Positions 22,659 to 24,924 of a DNA stretch of 24,924 nt are shown here, piece after piece; the stretch's first letter is position 1, and every line of letters begins with the position of its first letter. A model generated the notes under the pieces. It searched no databases. It was not told the DNA's origin and saw only the letters and a list, made by a program, of their open reading frames with translations. The position numbers were made by a program, and so were the translations under genes. Source of the stretch: Patescibacteria group bacterium (GTDB lineage: Bacteria; Patescibacteriota; Minisyncoccia; Sungbacterales; HO2-52-23); contig JBBTVQ010000095.1 in assembly GCA_038063095.1 (NCBI GenBank), positions 1 through 24,924 on the forward strand, given 5' to 3'.

Positions 22659-23786
22659 ATGCCTCTCGCCGACGAAGCGCAAAAAGCCCGCGGCCTCCTG
22701 GCTTCCGCCGAGCAGGTCGCCATCCTCCTGCCGCGCCACCCGGCGCTGGATGCCTCGGTCGCGGCAGAGGCGTTGGCGCGCGTCTTGTCCGCCAAGGGGG
22801 CCTATGTCGGTTTTCTGCCCCATGTGGCGGCGGACGCCTCTCCGGTTCCGGAAGCGCTCACCCATGTCAGGAACCCGCGCCCGCTCATCCGCGAGCGCGT
22901 CATTGCCATAGACACGGCCCGGGCGCCCGTGGGCCAACTCCGGTACGAAAAGCACGAGACGGAAATTGAGATCATCCTCTCGCCCAAATCCGCCGCGATC
23001 CGCGAGGACGCGATATCGGTGCGCGAAGGAAGGGCGCTCTGTGACTGCCTGATCGCGATTGCAATCCCCGACATTGAGGCCGTCGCAGTGGAGGACTGGG
23101 GACTCACGCCGCAGTTTTTCACCGAGACGCCCATCATCACCATCGGCAACGCAGAGGGTCAGGCGGCCTACGGCGAGGCAAACCTCCTCTCCCCGGGACT
23201 CGCCTCGCTCTCGGAGCTTGCCGCCGCCTGCATCACGGCGCTGGACGGCGCGGCGCCGGACCCGGAAACCGCGACGCTGCTCTTGGCGGGCGTCATGGAC
23301 GAGAGCCGCAATTTCGCCCCCCCGGTCCGCGTGGGTACGCACTTGGCAGCCGCGGATCTGCTGCAGGCCGGCGCGGACCAAGCCCGGGCCGCGGCGCTGG
23401 CCGGCGCCGGCAAACCCTTCCCGCTCTTGCAACTCATCGCCCGCGCCTCAGTCCGATCCAAAGAGACCGACGAGGGCCGGATACTCTGGTCATTCCTGAC
23501 CGCCGAGGATTTTGAGAAAACCGGCAGGTCTCCTCAAGACGCGCCGGAGGTGATGGCAGCACTCCCCCGCTTTTTCCCGCCGCACGAGACCGCAGTGCTC
23601 GTCTGGCAGGATCCGGCGGGACGGGACATCCACGCCATGATCCGCGCGCGGCACCCCGTCCTGGAGGCGCTGGCCGCGCGCGAGGAAGGAACAATGCGCA
23701 ACCCCACGCTCTTGCTCAACGCATCGTTTCTCAATTTTCCTGAAGCGGAAGAACGAGTCGCCGCGTTGCTGCGGGAAGTCCGCTGA
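22659..23786 (+). CDS. DHH/NrnA-fold protein lacking catalytic motifs
   Basis: DHH-family layout (V.IL...HP..DA...A.AL; PII.I; S.SEL; AT.LL.G...ES.NF; GA; RAL.R), but without the DxD, DHH or DTG motifs. Confidence 0.7.
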   Translation: MPLADEAQKARGLLASAEQVAILLPRHPALDASVAAEALARVLSAKGAYVGFLPHVAADASPVPEALTHVRNPRPLIRERVIAIDTARAPVGQLRYEKHETEIEIILSPKSAAIREDAISVREGRALCDCLIAIAIPDIEAVAVEDWGLTPQFFTETPIITIGNAEGQAAYGEANLLSPGLASLSELAAACITALDGAAPDPETATLLLAGVMDESRNFAPPVRVGTHLAAADLLQAGADQARAAALAGAGKPFPLLQLIARASVRSKETDEGRILWSFLTAEDFEKTGRSPQDAPEVMAALPRFFPPHETAVLVWQDPAGRDIHAMIRARHPVLEALAAREEGTMRNPTLLLNASFLNFPEAEERVAALLREVR

Positions 23787-23863
23787 CGTACAATGGAGAG
23801 GCATTGCGCGGAGAGGCGGAACATACCGCAGAGCCACACATCTCTCTATCAGCGAGCTCTCTC

Positions 23864-24924
23864 ATGGTACAATTTGACGAAGAAAAAGCGACCCGGCGGC
23901 TGAACCAACTGCGGCAGCAAGACACCGAGGCGTCCACACAACTCCTTGCTGGCAAATACGGCATTCCCTACGCGGATCTGAGCGTCCTGCCGGTGGAGAT
24001 TGACGCGATCAAAATCGTGCCGGAAGCAGAGGCGCGCGCCGCAGACCTTGCCGTATTTCAGGTGACCGGCGCTCGGCTGAAAATCGCGGTACGCAATCCC
24101 GAAAAACCCGAGACGAAAGCGCTGTTGGCGCGGCTCGCGAAAGTCCCCTATACGTGCACGCTCTTCCTCGCCTCCGGCCTGGGCCTCGCGCGCGCCTGGG
24201 ACGCATACCGCAAAGTCCCCGAGGCACACGCGGCGAGTGCCAGCACCATCGCGCTCTCGCCCGAGCGGCTCACCGCCATACAAAAGGAAATCTCCTCGCT
24301 CTCCGACATCGCGCGCCAGATCCAGGAGCGCGCGCTCAAAAAAACATCCGAGACGTTGGAGGTGATCCTCGCAGGTGCCCTCGCCACAGACGCGTCGGAC
24401 GTGCACATTGAGCCGCAGGAGGCGACGGCACGGCTCCGGTTGCGCCTGGACGGAACGCTCCACGACATCGCCGACCTCCCCCCAAAACTCTTTGCGCTGC
24501 TCCTCTCGCGCATCAAATTGGTCTCGGAGCTCAAGCTCAACGTCCACGACCGCGCGCAGGATGGACGATTTACCATACACCTTGCCGGCACCGCCATTGA
24601 AGTGCGCACCTCCACGCTCCCGGGGCCGCAGGGCGAGAACGTGGTACTCCGGATCCTCAATCCTAAAAGCATAGACGCATCTTTCCAGGACCTCGGCATG
24701 TCTCCCGCGGTTGCGGCAGCCATAGAGAAGGAACTGAAAAAGCCCAACGGCCTCATCCTCACCACCGGCCCCACCGGATCGGGCAAGACCACGACCCTCT
24801 ACACGTTTCTGCGGACAATCCACGACCCCGCCATTAAAATCATCACCATTGAAGATCCGATTGAGTATCATATTACGGGTATTGAGCAGACCCAGGTGGA
24901 CACGGAAAAAGGGTATGACTTTGC
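23864..24924 (+). CDS. pilB: PilB/GspE (PulE-family) secretion/pilus assembly ATPase, 3' end outside the window
   Basis: Translated from ATG at 23864 (absent from the ORF track because there is no stop in the window): ASDVHIEP, RLRLDG.L, QDGRF, R.STLP...GE..V.RIL, Walker A TGPTGSGKTTTLY, Asp box ITIEDPIEY. Confidence 0.9.
   Translation, partial: MVQFDEEKATRRLNQLRQQDTEASTQLLAGKYGIPYADLSVLPVEIDAIKIVPEAEARAADLAVFQVTGARLKIAVRNPEKPETKALLARLAKVPYTCTLFLASGLGLARAWDAYRKVPEAHAASASTIALSPERLTAIQKEISSLSDIARQIQERALKKTSETLEVILAGALATDASDVHIEPQEATARLRLRLDGTLHDIADLPPKLFALLLSRIKLVSELKLNVHDRAQDGRFTIHLAGTAIEVRTSTLPGPQGENVVLRILNPKSIDASFQDLGMSPAVAAAIEKELKKPNGLILTTGPTGSGKTTTLYTFLRTIHDPAIKIITIEDPIEYHITGIEQTQVDTEKGYDF

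Noticed and set aside
23849-24871. 340-aa minus-strand ORF in the track
   Set aside because: Antisense shadow of the PilB-type gene, which has all family motifs on the plus strand from 23864.
1-24924. CRISPR array, tRNA, rRNA, integrase or transposase
   Set aside because: No regularly spaced 23-47-nt repeats with unique spacers, no cloverleaf or rRNA signature, and no DDE, Y1 or tyrosine-recombinase motifs were recognised by eye.

Overview
Chromosomal window of a GC-rich bacterium using the standard genetic code, probably Patescibacteria/Parcubacteria (inference from gene repertoire and protein style, not from a search). The core genes are murE, a FemAB-type peptidyltransferase, ruvA, uvrB, rpsT, holA, polA, tsaE and a partial PilB/GspE ATPase. 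Accessory genes are interleaved singly between them, several visibly AT-richer: a SIR2-STAND-helical-repeat putative anti-phage protein, an MNT-HEPN toxin-antitoxin pair, a DUF6516-like two-gene pair, a type II-like restriction-modification pair and an AAA+/wHTH ATPase. The top candidate is the SIR2-STAND gene. A cold-shock domain follows it in the -1 frame, and the domain's first beta-strand lies upstream of its only ATG and overlaps the SIR2 gene end. This suggests a SIR2-STAND-CSD fusion split by a single missing base. A second theme is short DNA elements sitting in-frame inside housekeeping genes: a 162-bp nested inverted-repeat element at the Fem N-terminus, a perfect 21-bp-arm palindrome in uvrB, and 7-nt tandem arrays in murE, fem and uvrB. 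I recognised no rRNA, tRNA, CRISPR array or transposase. All family assignments are motif-based by eye.
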